DNA of 64,000 nucleotides from Acanthaster planci (Eukaryota): NCBI RefSeq assembly GCF_001949145.1, contig NW_019091359.1, positions 1,686,540 to 1,750,539 of the forward strand, read 5' to 3'. Shown piece by piece: positions 28,201 to 40,213 of this stretch (position 1 is its first letter; each line of letters starts with the position of its first letter). The notes under the pieces were generated by a model. It saw only the letters and a program-made list of their open reading frames with translations, ran no database searches and was not told where the DNA came from. The position numbers and the translations under genes were made by a program.

Positions 28201-29445
28201 AATTCACATCACAAAATATTTACAGCGAAATTAGCTCCACTTCAAATGTGTTCAACTTTGGCGAATTCGAGGCGTGAATCTTTGATCTGACATCACAATT
28301 TCGTGTTCATGTTTGCTTTGGCGTCAAGTATATAGCAGCCTTTTTGAGGTCACTTTACGGCCAGGTTTGCCACTCTTGCTCTTTTAAAAACAGCCAGGAG
28401 GATTAAAGTCGTCGTAAATTTCTTGTTCAACTCCTATTTTTATTTTTTTTTGCTGTAGAAATAGTCTTCTCGTTTGATCACAAGCAAACAAACTCATGTT
28501 CTAATAACAAGGAAGCAAAATATTTATGGGAAAATGATAATAAACAAAACCACACAAAGTTCTGAGTCTAACAAAATTTAACAGGCTGTATAAGGCTCTG
28601 CATCAACGGCACCCATAAGTTCCTTTTATACAGAGCACTGCCAAAGAATCAATCATCCTTCTCATCTGTCATGTACCAAAAAACCACAAGTACAAGGATA
28701 CAAGAGATTAACTTCACAAATGCCTCCCCCATCAAACAAAAACGGACCCTCCCCGTCCAACGCAGTTAAAAACACTTGAGACGCTAAACCGGATCGGGGC
28801 TAACACTGTCGCTCGGTGTGAGGTCTGCGTCCGTGAGGGGATGCCACATCTCTTGGGCGTCTTATCTGAGGCCGAACATCGCAACCTGGAAAATTCGATC
28901 TCTGAGGACGTCTAGTCTCACTGTCATAATTAAGTTTCAGTTCTGCAGTAAAACCAGTTCCCTCCAATACCAGGAAAATGTGCACTACTCGATAACTTTG
29001 CTTCATACAATAAACCAGTGACGAGAGTGTTGCATTGTCTCTGACAGCATGTTTTCCTGCGTTGATTGTCAACGTTCACGTGAAGCCAAAATGTCCATCT
29101 TTGAAGTAAGATTAAATTATGTTTGCAGGTTCAATTCGGTAACGGCATCAAGGCGTAAGGCAATTTTTTAGATTTGGCCCGCGTTTCTCGTTGGTTGATG
29201 TTGAGGTCGTAATTAGGATCCAAATATATCTGGAGCCAGGGCGCAATGAGCATGTTTTGTCTCTCCGTCTCTCCCATGAGTAGTTCTTTGGTTATTTTCG
29301 CTACACAATAGCGTGAACTCAGTGTTACCACAAAATTTAACACAAGAAATCGTTCAACTCACCACCACGTCGATACAACTTGAGAAGGCATCATGAAGAG
29401 GAACAGACCGCAGACGACCAGATGAGTAAACCGTCTCTCCTGCAT
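19201..29445 (-). CDS. WNT2: Wnt2-subfamily ligand, 5 exons, 432 aa
   Basis: Exons 29363-29445 (signal peptide [27 protein letters not shown]), 27793-28022 ([10 protein letters not shown]...[13 protein letters not shown]), 21398-21678 (SKEAAF...FDWGGCSDN...[12 protein letters not shown]), 20213-20474 ([11 protein letters not shown] lipidation motif) and 19201-19643 (CCGRGYNT...CECKFHWCC). Phases 2/1/0/1 give an open 1299-nt [12 protein letters not shown] and linkage to ST7 point to the Wnt2 subfamily. Confidence 0.93.
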
Positions 29446-32400
29446 CTTAATTTTAAACCTAGAGTGAAGTATTTCCTGACAGAGGGGGAGAAACTAACTC
29501 GGGAAATTTCCAAGATGACCAAGTTAATTAACCTGTCAGGAACACTGGGGACTCCTAGAGTGAGATGTAATTCTGAAAAATATCCTGATGTAGCAAAGAC
29601 GACGAAAACTTGGAGCGTGGTCCTGTCCCTTGAAGTGGGTTGTTACAAGCTGTAGGGGTGTAATTCGCCAGTTTACAAGCAGCATAACAGCGGAGTGACA
29701 AGGAGAGATCATGATACCGCCTCCCCCATTGGTCAACAATCGCGATCAAAGGGGTTCCGGCTACTTAATATTCATGAGGATTTTTTTTTCTTTCATTGAC
29801 CGTGCGTGTTGGCTGCCGCCGATGCCGAGTTTTTTCCTTCTTTTTCCGCCGGCAATGGTGTGTGGTTTGTTGCCATCGGGGAAAATGGTATCAAGATCTG
29901 TCTGCTGAAAAGGCCGTCTGAAGATTACCCCCTTGGGGTGAGATGAGAGGACGGACAGGATAATGGATGATTTGCTAATCCTTAATTGTTGGAGGAGGGC
30001 TGCTTTACATGCTCCCACTATGTATAATTGAAGTAGGTGATGTGCGACACGGTGAAACGACACACAGCCAGCAGTGTTTGATGGCCGTTGCTCGGTGGAG
30101 ATGAGTCGACCTCAAAGAAATTCAATTCATCAATCCTTTAGGTCAAGTATGAGCTATGGGAATTTGACAGGAGTGTTCTGTTAGACGAGCTTCATTAACA
30201 AGTGAAAGTGGAAGGAAAAAAAGGCCATGTAACAAACCATTGCTCGTGAAGTTGATCGTTTGAAACTTTATTTTTTAATCGCATAAGGTATTGCCCCCAA
30301 AGTCCATGGTCTGTGTTAATGCAATAAGACATAAACTTGTACGTGGATGCACTGTTTGTGGGTGATTAGCTAATAAATAGAATTAATATTTGATCCAAAT
30401 CTTGCACATATTTTTAACCAAAAGGTTGCCGGTCGTTTTGAATGTATAAGGATTGCCCTGTTCTCTCTTCACAAATGATCCGGACGATCAATCGATGTAT
30501 TTTTCGATTTGCTCAAATGCTTTAATCTGAAGTTTCTAGATGTTGGTGGTTTGTTGTAAAGCATTTTGGTTCCTATGATTATCCAATGTTGACGCACTTT
30601 CGAAGATGTCCATTGCCTATTATTATGTCTAAGGTATGTTAACATTAATTGATTAAACATTTTGCAGGAAGTCAAATGCTCTTCATCATATGGGGAAGGC
30701 AATCAATGTTGTGGAGGCTTGCCTTCCAAAATGGCCAACTTTTACATGTGCGTCGCTTACAACAGACCTCTTTTTTTTTCTAAAAAGATGACGCCGAATT
30801 TCCAAGGCTTCGTCCTGTTTGTGAGTTGATGACTAACTTTTCAACTCCATAATTACAATTCTAAGATTACTGACCACCGTCTATTCAAATAGGAGATGGA
30901 AATCGGGCGCAATTTTCTGTTTCTTCCAGCAAGAAACTTTAACCGGAGACTCCAGGGAGAGGAGGCGGCTTGACCTCAAACGGATAAACGCCGGCCTCGA
31001 ACATCAAATTTAATTAAAGCTATCTGTAGTTAGCTTCTTAAAGGGGTGTGAACAAGTCATTGTGGCTTTGGAAACCAAAACCCTTCAACACCAGCGCTTT
31101 GAGGCTGGACAGTGATCCTTCCTGACAGCGGTTTGGGCGAATACCTTTCACGGTGAGAATCGACCGGGCCGTTTGAAGATATACCCTCCAATGACTCGCT
31201 TTGATAACGTGTGGGTCAATGGTCCGTTGATCTTTTGTGGCAATCTTTTTTTTTCCTTCTGATGATGAAAGCCGACCCGCTGTGTTGGAAAGTGGAGCGT
31301 TGAAAAAAAAGGTTGAAATGAGCAAGTTGTGGCTTTTGATTGGCGGTGTACCTTTAAAGGGTTTTCGGAATGCAACAGTGGTATATAGCCGGTGTTTTCT
31401 TAATTAATTGAGCCACCTAGACTGAAAGGAGCACATAACCAGCACTTCATGGGCATGTCAAGACTTCTTTATCCATCGACAAAATACAATGGAACGCCAG
31501 ACTTTGGTGGGAAAAGTACTGTTTTTGCCATCCAGGTTCTCTCAAACGTCGTCGCGAGGACAGCGCGGAGCGCATTTGCGTGTGCCAGTCTGTCAGCGGG
31601 TCTGGCGCGGCAGCTTTAGGCCGAGATTTCGCCCGTGCCGACCGCGGACGGAGAAACACAGACCGTGGCGTCAGCTCTGTCGACAGCCCGTCGGCTAGAC
31701 AGATGGCCGGTGATGCTGAAAAATGACGGCGACCGCTTCAAAAGGATGGAATTAACCTAATTTTTGTGACTTTGTATAAGTTGCAAGTCGCCGACTGCCA
31801 CCGTGGCTTTACTTTGTTCTCTTGTCTTTCAATATAGATCACAGAAAGAGGTTAGTACAACTGGAAAACCACGTTTGCTCTTGAGTCCATAACCACCAAA
31901 CTCAGATCAAATCAGTAGATTTCTCAAAGAGAGTGGTGCGAGCGATAATAAGGGAAACGAACCACGCCCTTTTGATGCGATCGAAAGAGATAACATCCCG
32001 TTTAAGTACTCATTACTTTATCGCCTTCATTCCACGCTTTCCCGACTTTTTCATCACAAATGCCAGTTAAACTGAGCGCAACTAACACAGGCTGTCTGGC
32101 AGCGAAAGTACACGCAAAACACACGGGGCAACTTAATAGTTCAAAACATACACAAACACAAATGTCAACTCCAGTGACTAATGACTTCACCCACGGCCTA
32201 CTTTCCGCTGGAGCCCCAGACGCGTCGACAGTTCCCGTGAATTATTTCATCTAGGAGCCAATTACCTCTCATCATTCATTCGGGGTTCTCTGTTTGTGCT
32301 GCTTGTCATAACACACTGTGGGAATTTGTTTCTGGAACACGCGTGCCAGGGACCTGGGTGAGGGAAGAGGGAGCCAACATTGTTAATGAACTTTACGCTG

Positions 32401-33447
32401 TGGTGTATCCAGCGTGGGGGGGGGAGGAACTCCCCTCCTGCGGGAGACACTCTGCACATTTCTCATGTAGAGATAGGACAGTTGCTTGGGAGGGAATCTT
32501 TTTTGCCTCTCTCGATCCAATACCTGGATGCCTCACTGAAATTACGCCAACCTGATGCTGACGAGGAACCAAAAGAGATTAAGAAACCGACTGGTTCGTT
32601 TCAGAACTCTACTCGCAAAAGAGATTTACTTCACGGGGCTAGCGCAAGTTTTATCAAGACCAAACTGAGCATTTGTCGATTGTCCTTTCCAGGAATTTAT
32701 AGAAAAAAAGATAGGAGAAACTTGACACAAAAGTTCATCAGAAAAACACAGATTAAAATTTAGTTTGCCATTACTATTTATTTTATTAAAATGAACCAAA
32801 TAAAACAAAAACGTTCTATACATCGGTAAATATTCAGTGGAAACCCAGTAACTGCGAAATATTTTAATCCCCCAAATGTGGTGCCATTCAAACAGACTTC
32901 GTTGGCCATCATACCATCCTGACAAAGACAAGCTGGGAAGTGGACCAGTGTTAGTTGGTCATTCGACTGAGGGACGTTACTTGTGCAATGCTTCGCTTGT
33001 CATGAACTGGTTCTACCAGTAATATAAAATAATTAACTACCATAACGATGCATAAGCACACAAAGCTATAGATGAATCTGATGACCACGTAGTAACACTG
33101 TCACGGGTAACTGGCAGTGGCCCCCACCAATGGCCATGAGTTTTGTGACGACTGTCGTGTTGAGTTATTATTTCCCGACAGTCGCTTCGTATAATACCGT
33201 ACACAGTGCTTCCCACCATTAAAGGGGGCCATAGGTGAATATGTATTCGAACGTGTCATTCCATCTGTTTTATTATTATTTTTCGCACTAAAACCAATGT
33301 TCAAAGAGATATGCACGGCGAGGTCACAGTCTGTTAGTAGGTTAGATAGCTTGATAAATACAAAACTACAAAACGAAACTACAAGTCTAGAACTAAAAAT
33401 TCATGCTGGCAAGTTATGATGCATTACAGTCACACAGTTCCACAGTC

Positions 33448-36400
33448 TTAGTGGAAAATAAGATGTTTCTTCTTGTGGATGACTTTTGGGATCCACTTGA
33501 ACCACTTGAAGACTTTGCTGATTCCTTTCTTCAGCCAGGGTTTTTTAGTAGACTCGTCAACCCCACGGTCTGCGACCGTCGTTAACGGGCGGGATGTCGA
33601 AGCCTCCTCAGTGGTTTCCGCACCCTCGGTCGTTGTTTCAAGAGTGGGGGCCTCTGATTGGCTGTCCTCTGACCCCTGGTCCTCATCCTCTTCTCCCATT
33701 GGCCAGAGGTCGTCGACGTCGATGGGCCAGTTCCCCTGCTTGAGCAGTGTGATTGCTTTCAGGATCAGTGCAAGTTTGAGGTCTTCCTTGGACTCGGTGA
33801 AAAACACAGTATCCTTGTAGTCACCATTATAGATCTGCGCAGTAACAGTTCGATAATATGGGCGATTCACAATAGTGCGCCGTCAAGAGTTTGCAACGCA
33901 TTGGCCAATCACAACGAGGGAAATCTGCCGACCCTTTCCAAACGCACATTTGATCGACAGGGCCGTTCTCCAATACTCAACTTCGCCTCCGCCTGGGGCT
34001 TCGTGTAGGAAACCAATCCCCGATTGTGGGCATGAAGCGTTTAAATTAAATTAAAATACTCTGTAATTTGGCTCTTTTGCATCTTACTTGATGTTTTGTG
34101 GCACTATCAGAATTGCTATTGCGCTTACAACCTCAAAGCAAGGAAGTAGAAAACAGTTGAAGCCACAGACGGAGCCCAAGTCGAGTATTGGAAAACGGCC
34201 CAGACTTCGCGAATTGTAATTGGCAAACGCGCTGCTGCAAACTCTTGGTGGCGCACGATGTGCACAAATAAATTGCAGGAAGCGGACTCCATTTTTATAA
34301 AAATAGGCACTGCACTGAAAAATGTTTGGCAACAGAGTTCCCAACGAGCAGTTACATATTTTTCAGTTTAACCGTTAGTAATATTAGGGAAAAGGTAAAT
34401 AACTGTTTTATAAGTTGTCAGGAAAATGTCCGGGGGCTGTTTTAAAAACGAATATCTGGAAAACCCATCTTTTAACTACCTTTTTTCTTTATTAATTTTT
34501 GTCCAAAGTTCTTACATGCTACCGCTTTCAAAATTTAAAAGCTTTATGCAATCCGTGAATATTCATTTGGTGTGTGATTATTTGTGAATTTGTCTTTCTG
34601 TCAGCGGTGAATATGTCATCTTGTCATAACTGGCTTAACTGCCTAAATTTTTATTTCAGTTCGAGTGCAATTGGTGATGTAAAAAAACTTACCTCAAGAA
34701 CGTCGATCGCCTTCAAGATGAGAGCCAGTTTGAGATCTTCAATATCGATTGAAAGGCTAAAGTTATCACCTTGGTTTTCCTGTCGTTAAAATGGAGCAAA
34801 ATCGCAAGAAATTAGGGCCATACTCAGGCCTAGTTCAGAAACACGTATCTATTTGTGCATGTATGGTCGTTCTAGCAATCAAAGCTTAATGAAAAATAAA
34901 GTTTACAATGCCCAAACAAGATTACGGAAGTACCCTGGAGTTCTCCTTCCGTCCCCGTTCAAGACGTGCGCGAGAGAATAACTTACCTCAAGAATTAGAA
35001 TTGCCTTTAGGATGAGAGTAAGTTTGAGTTCGACAACGACGTGTCCGGCAAAGAGAGAATCGATGGGTCTGTTCTGTAACAAAGAAAAACATCATCTGTT
35101 GTTTTCAAGATGTATTTTTGCGTTGGGGAGATGTTAATTATATATATAACGGTTTTGCCCGTNNNNNNNNNNNNNNNNNNNNNNNNNNNNNNNNNNNNNN
35201 NNNNNNNNNNNNNNNNNNNNNNNNNNNNNNNNNNNNNNNNNNNNNNNNNNNNNNNNNNNNNNNNNNNNNNNGTTATATATATCATCTGTTGTATTTACTC
35301 TTGTAAATTGGACTGAAATTGAATTCGAGGATTCATATACAAACAACGATAACACATTGAGAACGAATACACACCGTACGTACCTTGAGAAGTATGATTG
35401 CCTTCAGGATTAGTTTGAGTTTGAGTTCCTCGGGCATGATGTCATAGGATGGGAACCAGCTAGTCAGCGACACGGAGTGGCCTTCGTAAGTCTGCAATTC
35501 AAATCGAAGGGCACACGTTGTTGTTATATAAGTCTAAATTAAACTTTATGAATGCATGCGTACCATGTGTACGGATGGCAAACACTTACTGCAGAAAAAA
35601 AAAGACTCGAGGACAAAACTCTACTGTGCAGATTTTTCAAATTTTTTGGAATTCTTTTATCGGCTTCCTTCTTTATTTATGTATCATTCTCCTCGCTGAT
35701 GATTCTTATTTCTATTTGCTCTCTATGTTTATGTCTGTTACCTTGTAACGGGTCATTAGAGTGAATCCAAAGTCTTTAACAGTCAACCCATCAACTTTTT
35801 TTACCTTGAGGATGAGAAGCGCTTTCAGGATGAGTTCAAGTTTGAGATCGTCTTTCATCGGATCAGGAAACATCTCGTCTACTTCTGTCTCCTCTTCTGC
35901 CGTCATCTATCAATGAGACACACAATCATTATTTTCACAGAGAAACACCGTTAAGATGGATGTCTAAGCGTGAAAATAGTCTAAAAGAGATACGTTATGC
36001 TTTTTGGCTCCAGAATCACGGATGGTATTTAGGGTTACGAAACGCAGATAAGTGATGGGTGGTCTTGGAAGACGAGGGTAACTTACTCAGATCCTGTGTC
36101 AAAATTCAAAAGATTTTTTTCTTAAAAATTGGTCATTTCTGAAACCGTTTTGACTGTTGTAGGTCTTACAACAATTTAGACTTTGCAGCAAAGGACTTCC
36201 AAAACGCTCACACTTGAAACAACATCAGTTATACTCTAAATCTGTCTTTGTTTATTCTCTAGTCGATCTGGCGATTTTAAATCACAGAGAGCTGGCATAG
36301 AGTTATACAATCAAGCACACTTTTAGCAACTTTTGTAGATTTGACCGGGAAAGTTATTTAGGTGGTTGATAGTATGACCAGCGTTGAACAAAATAGAAGT

Positions 36401-36649
36401 CATTGCCTTTTTAGGTTGTTGCGAAATCATGAGAAGACAGAATAATCATAAACACTTCGTTTGATGGGAAAAGTCAGAATATTATAACCTCACCATATCC
36501 AGCATTTCCATCTCGTTATTGGTAGTCTGATCACCAGTCGTCATCTCGTTCACGTCACCTCGGCTGCTGATACTATAGGCCTGCGATAGGACCATCACGA
36601 ATCCCAACACTACTACCAGCCCAAGAACAATTCGCCTCATAGTTGCCAT
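33448..36649 (-). CDS. Uncharacterised secreted protein (~308 aa): signal peptide, 5 exon-encoded LKLxLILKA repeats, acidic Thr-rich linker, cationic C-terminal peptide
   Basis: Exons 36494-36649 (MATMRRIVLGLVVVLGFVMVLSQAYS...EMLDM), 35805-35906, 35384-35491, 34987-35073, 34693-34779 and 33448-33834. Each internal exon is flanked by AG/GT, all introns are phase 0, and the frame is open throughout. A further exon could be hidden in the gap at 35163-35271. Confidence 0.85.
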
Positions 36650-36767
36650 CCCAACAAGATTGTATTCAACTTTGTACTTGGATTATTCTAAAAGGATTGC
36701 TTGATTGAAGAAAAGTTGCTCAAACGCTGCTGTTGAGAAGTTGCGGCGCTTAGTCGTCTTTCCAGTT

Positions 36768-36804
36768 GGAATGACTGGCTCGGTCCAAGTGCACTGGTTA
36801 AATA
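36768..36804 (-). promoter_or_regulatory. Putative TATA + Initiator core promoter of the secreted-repeat gene
   Basis: Minus-strand TATTTAA starts at 36804 and TCATTCC (Inr-like, A at 36772) lies 32 nt downstream, ~120 nt upstream of the ATG. Confidence 0.5.
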
Positions 36805-39550
36805 GCTTCTCAGCAGGATATCAGCAGCGCACCCAGCTACGCTCCCTCGAGTGATCTATACTTCCTTTAAAACTGCAAATAATGCGACTTTCCTTTCGAC
36901 TGAATTCTTTTTGACGAACAGGTAGAGGGAACGTCCAAAGTCAACTTCATCGTGGGGGCAGCCGCCCTGTTGTCGATGTCAACCTCCTCCAAATATGAAC
37001 TTGAATTGCGAGCGTCGCCAGGACTTTTTCGGGGGGGGGGGCGCAAACCAATCATAAGCAGTAAACTGGACAAACCATCGATGCTGGGAGGGGGTCAATT
37101 TGAGGTATTTTCGAGCAGATCGATGATTTTCCTTTCCAATAACCCCTGTTTTTTAATTATTTGGCTTTTTCTTTCTCTCTTTTTTTTCTATTTTTCAATG
37201 GGGGGGGGGCTTGCCCCCAGCACACACTGGCGGATCAAAGGGGCACGGAGCTCGTGCCTCCCCCCAAAAAGGAGCAAAATCTATTGTTTGGGAAAAGTGA
37301 AGAAAATTGGAAAGCGTGAAAAAGCATCCTAAAAAAAATAGACCAAAACGAGAAGTAGTAAGTGTCACGAGTCAAATCTCCAGTGTAAGTATGATCCCAA
37401 TTTATGACAAATACTCATAAATGATTGATAACCATGCACTAAATCAAACCCGAGACGACATGACAGTTGACACCTATAAAGCAAAGGGAGAAAACATAAA
37501 TCTTTGCGTGATTACGTAATTCAGCCCGTCCTACTGTGTGCCTTATGCGGCGACGCTCAGGACAAACTCCCACGTGATGCCGCACAAATTATCATCAACC
37601 GAAGAAACAGGGCAGGATGTCACGAACAACTAACTGGGTAAAACATTCCTGCTTAGCAAATTAGAAGTGTCATAAATGAAATCAGCTTAGATACCATGTT
37701 ACCTAGACCAGTACACATCGTAACACTGCTCCGTTGCATGCTCTTTGTATGCTATTTCTGTGCCCTGAAAAACCATGCACGTTGCAGTCAATTAAATCAG
37801 CCTCGGCCAGTAAAAATGTGGGACCCTACCGAACAGTGGCGTAACTCTGGTGACGAGGGTGCAGCAGGGGAGAACTTGTTCCCCCGTGCCCCTCCCCTTT
37901 GAAATCTTCAAATTTGTGCCATCCACGAACATGCCGTAGCTCATCGGCTCCAGGTGCCCCCAGTGAAAAAATGTCTGCACCCCCGCACTCCCCTAGAAAT
38001 TTTACACTATAGTTTACCCCACAGCTGCCGAACCCGACTGAACTTAATTGACAGCCCACTTCAGATACGGAAAACAAAGAATTACAGTTTCCAGACAGAG
38101 CATTATGCGCAAAAAAACTGAATGTAACTTCCTGTTGTGGGATGGTTAGATACTGTTGTGATTGCAAGCCTCTCTCCAACCTTGATGTACAGGATATCCA
38201 CAGATGACTGGAAGTCCGTATATAGTGCAATCCTGCTGTGACGAACCGGCAGACGAGAGGTTGGCCAGTGGGTAGGTTGCTTACATTTCCCGTCAGCTGA
38301 AGCTCCAATATGGGCACAAGAGGTGCATAGAAAGGTTGGGGGTAAGGCACGTTCATGGAAGTCAAAGATTTGACAAGTAAACCACCACCTGCAGAGAATC
38401 CTGATTTTGGAGCGGGACGGACAATTTATAACTACTGATGATTGTTTATGACAAAGTAAAATTAAAAGCACATCTTATTCACATGCGCTTGAACAGTCCT
38501 TTTCAACAGCAAGAACCGGCTCCTTCTTCCCCATGTAGTGGAAGCCATTAAAATTTTTAATTTTACCAGATGATATTGCACAATCATATTGCGCCTTAAT
38601 GCTGGAAGAAATAGACCACATGCACAAAATCCTTCCCACCGTTATTCAAAAGTCCCTTCCCTTGAGATTCAGAAATGGCACGACGTAAGAGGGCGGTACT
38701 CAATGCCGCGGAAACTTTGCTTTCTTTGGAGCACAGACGACTCCCCTCATGTATGCTTTTTTTTTAAAAATCTAATTGGGCATAGGTCTTTCGTTTATGG
38801 TAAAGGGTACCAGTCGGTAGTAGCAGGCTGGCAAATTTGCAAATTCCGGATGGAAACGGATATTTCTCTGTTGTTCCCCGTAATCTTTTTCCTTTTCTGT
38901 CGCTCGTTTCTTTTTCTTTTCTTTATATTTTAAAACGGGGTATTTTCATGTTTCCCCCAAAGAGCAAAGTTCCCCTTAGCCTCACAATATCACTGCTCAG
39001 TTATAATTATTAGGTCGTAACCTCAATTCTACCAAAGGCCCCACAAAACATCAGTTGTGAACCCAAGTCTTTTGTTAGAAGCCAAATAATCATCACTGCA
39101 CATAAAGTTTGCACGACAATCTTGACAGGTACAATCAAATCCCTTCCCATTCGCGTTATGCCTACCGTGTAATGTCATAATGACACTTGTGTGGTGTCAT
39201 TTCGTACATCATGAGCGATATATCTATTATCGCTCATGACCCACAAGCGTCGGGGCACTGGCGTAGGCGGCCAGCAGTTTCCTTGTGAAAATTTACGCGT
39301 TTCGCACGGTGCTTTTTGAGGAAGTGCCAATTCAACTTGAAACCAGGGTTGGTTCCAAGGTGCGTTTTTCACACCCTGTCGGTTTACGCTTAAATACAGA
39401 ACAAAAACTTAGACTCGGGCATCCAAACTTTAGCTTTGAGAAACAGCCAACTTTGCGACGGCACACTGTGTTCCAAGCACATATCGGTACCTACAGAATT
39501 CAGAAAGGAAAACTTATCTTTTGAGCGAGACCTAGCCCAAGACTTACAGA

Positions 39551-40213
39551 ATGGCAAATGTTGGGCAGTTTGTTCTGGAGTTAGTGGCGGTGCTGCTGGC
39601 ATTCGTAATACAGGTATTACAGTATTACAGGTTTATGAAGGGGACTTTGAAAACACTGTGTTTCTCACCAAGACTAAGAAAGAGCTCAAACTTAAACTGA
39701 TCCTAAAAGACATCACACTGCTCAAGCAGGGGAACTGGCCCATCGACATCGACGACCTCTGGCCAATGGGAGAAGAGGATGAGGACCAGGGGTCAGAGGA
39801 CAACCAATCAGAAGCCACCACACTTGAGCCAACGACTATCACCGAGACCGTCACCGAAGGAGCCATAAAACAAGGGAGCCACGAGCGAAGCCACGACAGC
39901 ATCGGGGAAGCCTACCACTAACGAACTGTCGACTGCCAGCGAGGTTGCCACCGAGGCGCCAACAACAGATGCCGGGCTTGCAACGACGGAAAACGCTACT
40001 GCTTCCGAGGGGCCACGGGCCGGAGAGGCAGCTACCGATGTGGGAATGAGCACAGAGCAGGCGGAGGTGACCGTGTCTTCTATGGCTCCAGACCGCGGTG
40101 ACGAACCTAAACACAAGAAGCACTGGCTGCACGAAGCGGCTGGAAAGATCCTCAAGTTGTTCACGTGGCTACCTAAACATATCATTAAAAAGAAACTTCA
40201 TACTTTCCACTAA
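39551..40213 (+). pseudogene. Intronless, divergently oriented paralog of the secreted-repeat gene with two frameshifts
   Basis: ATG at 39551 gives MANVGQFVLELVAVLLAFVIQ. A shift occurs at the tandem TATTACAG x2 (39615-39630), then VYEGDFENTVFLTKTKKELKLKLILKDITLLKQGNWPIDIDDLWPMGEEDEDQGSED. A second shift near 39865-39875 leads to GATSEATT...DRGDEPKHKKHWLHEAAGKILKLFTWLPKHIIKKKLHTFH* (stop 40211-40213), which aligns with the last exon of the minus-strand gene. Confidence 0.8.

Noticed and set aside
34084..34344. Possible extra repeat exon (…AIAILIVPQNIK) in the last intron of the secreted-repeat gene
   Set aside because: It lacks the LKLxLILK core and has no phase-0 donor at the equivalent position.
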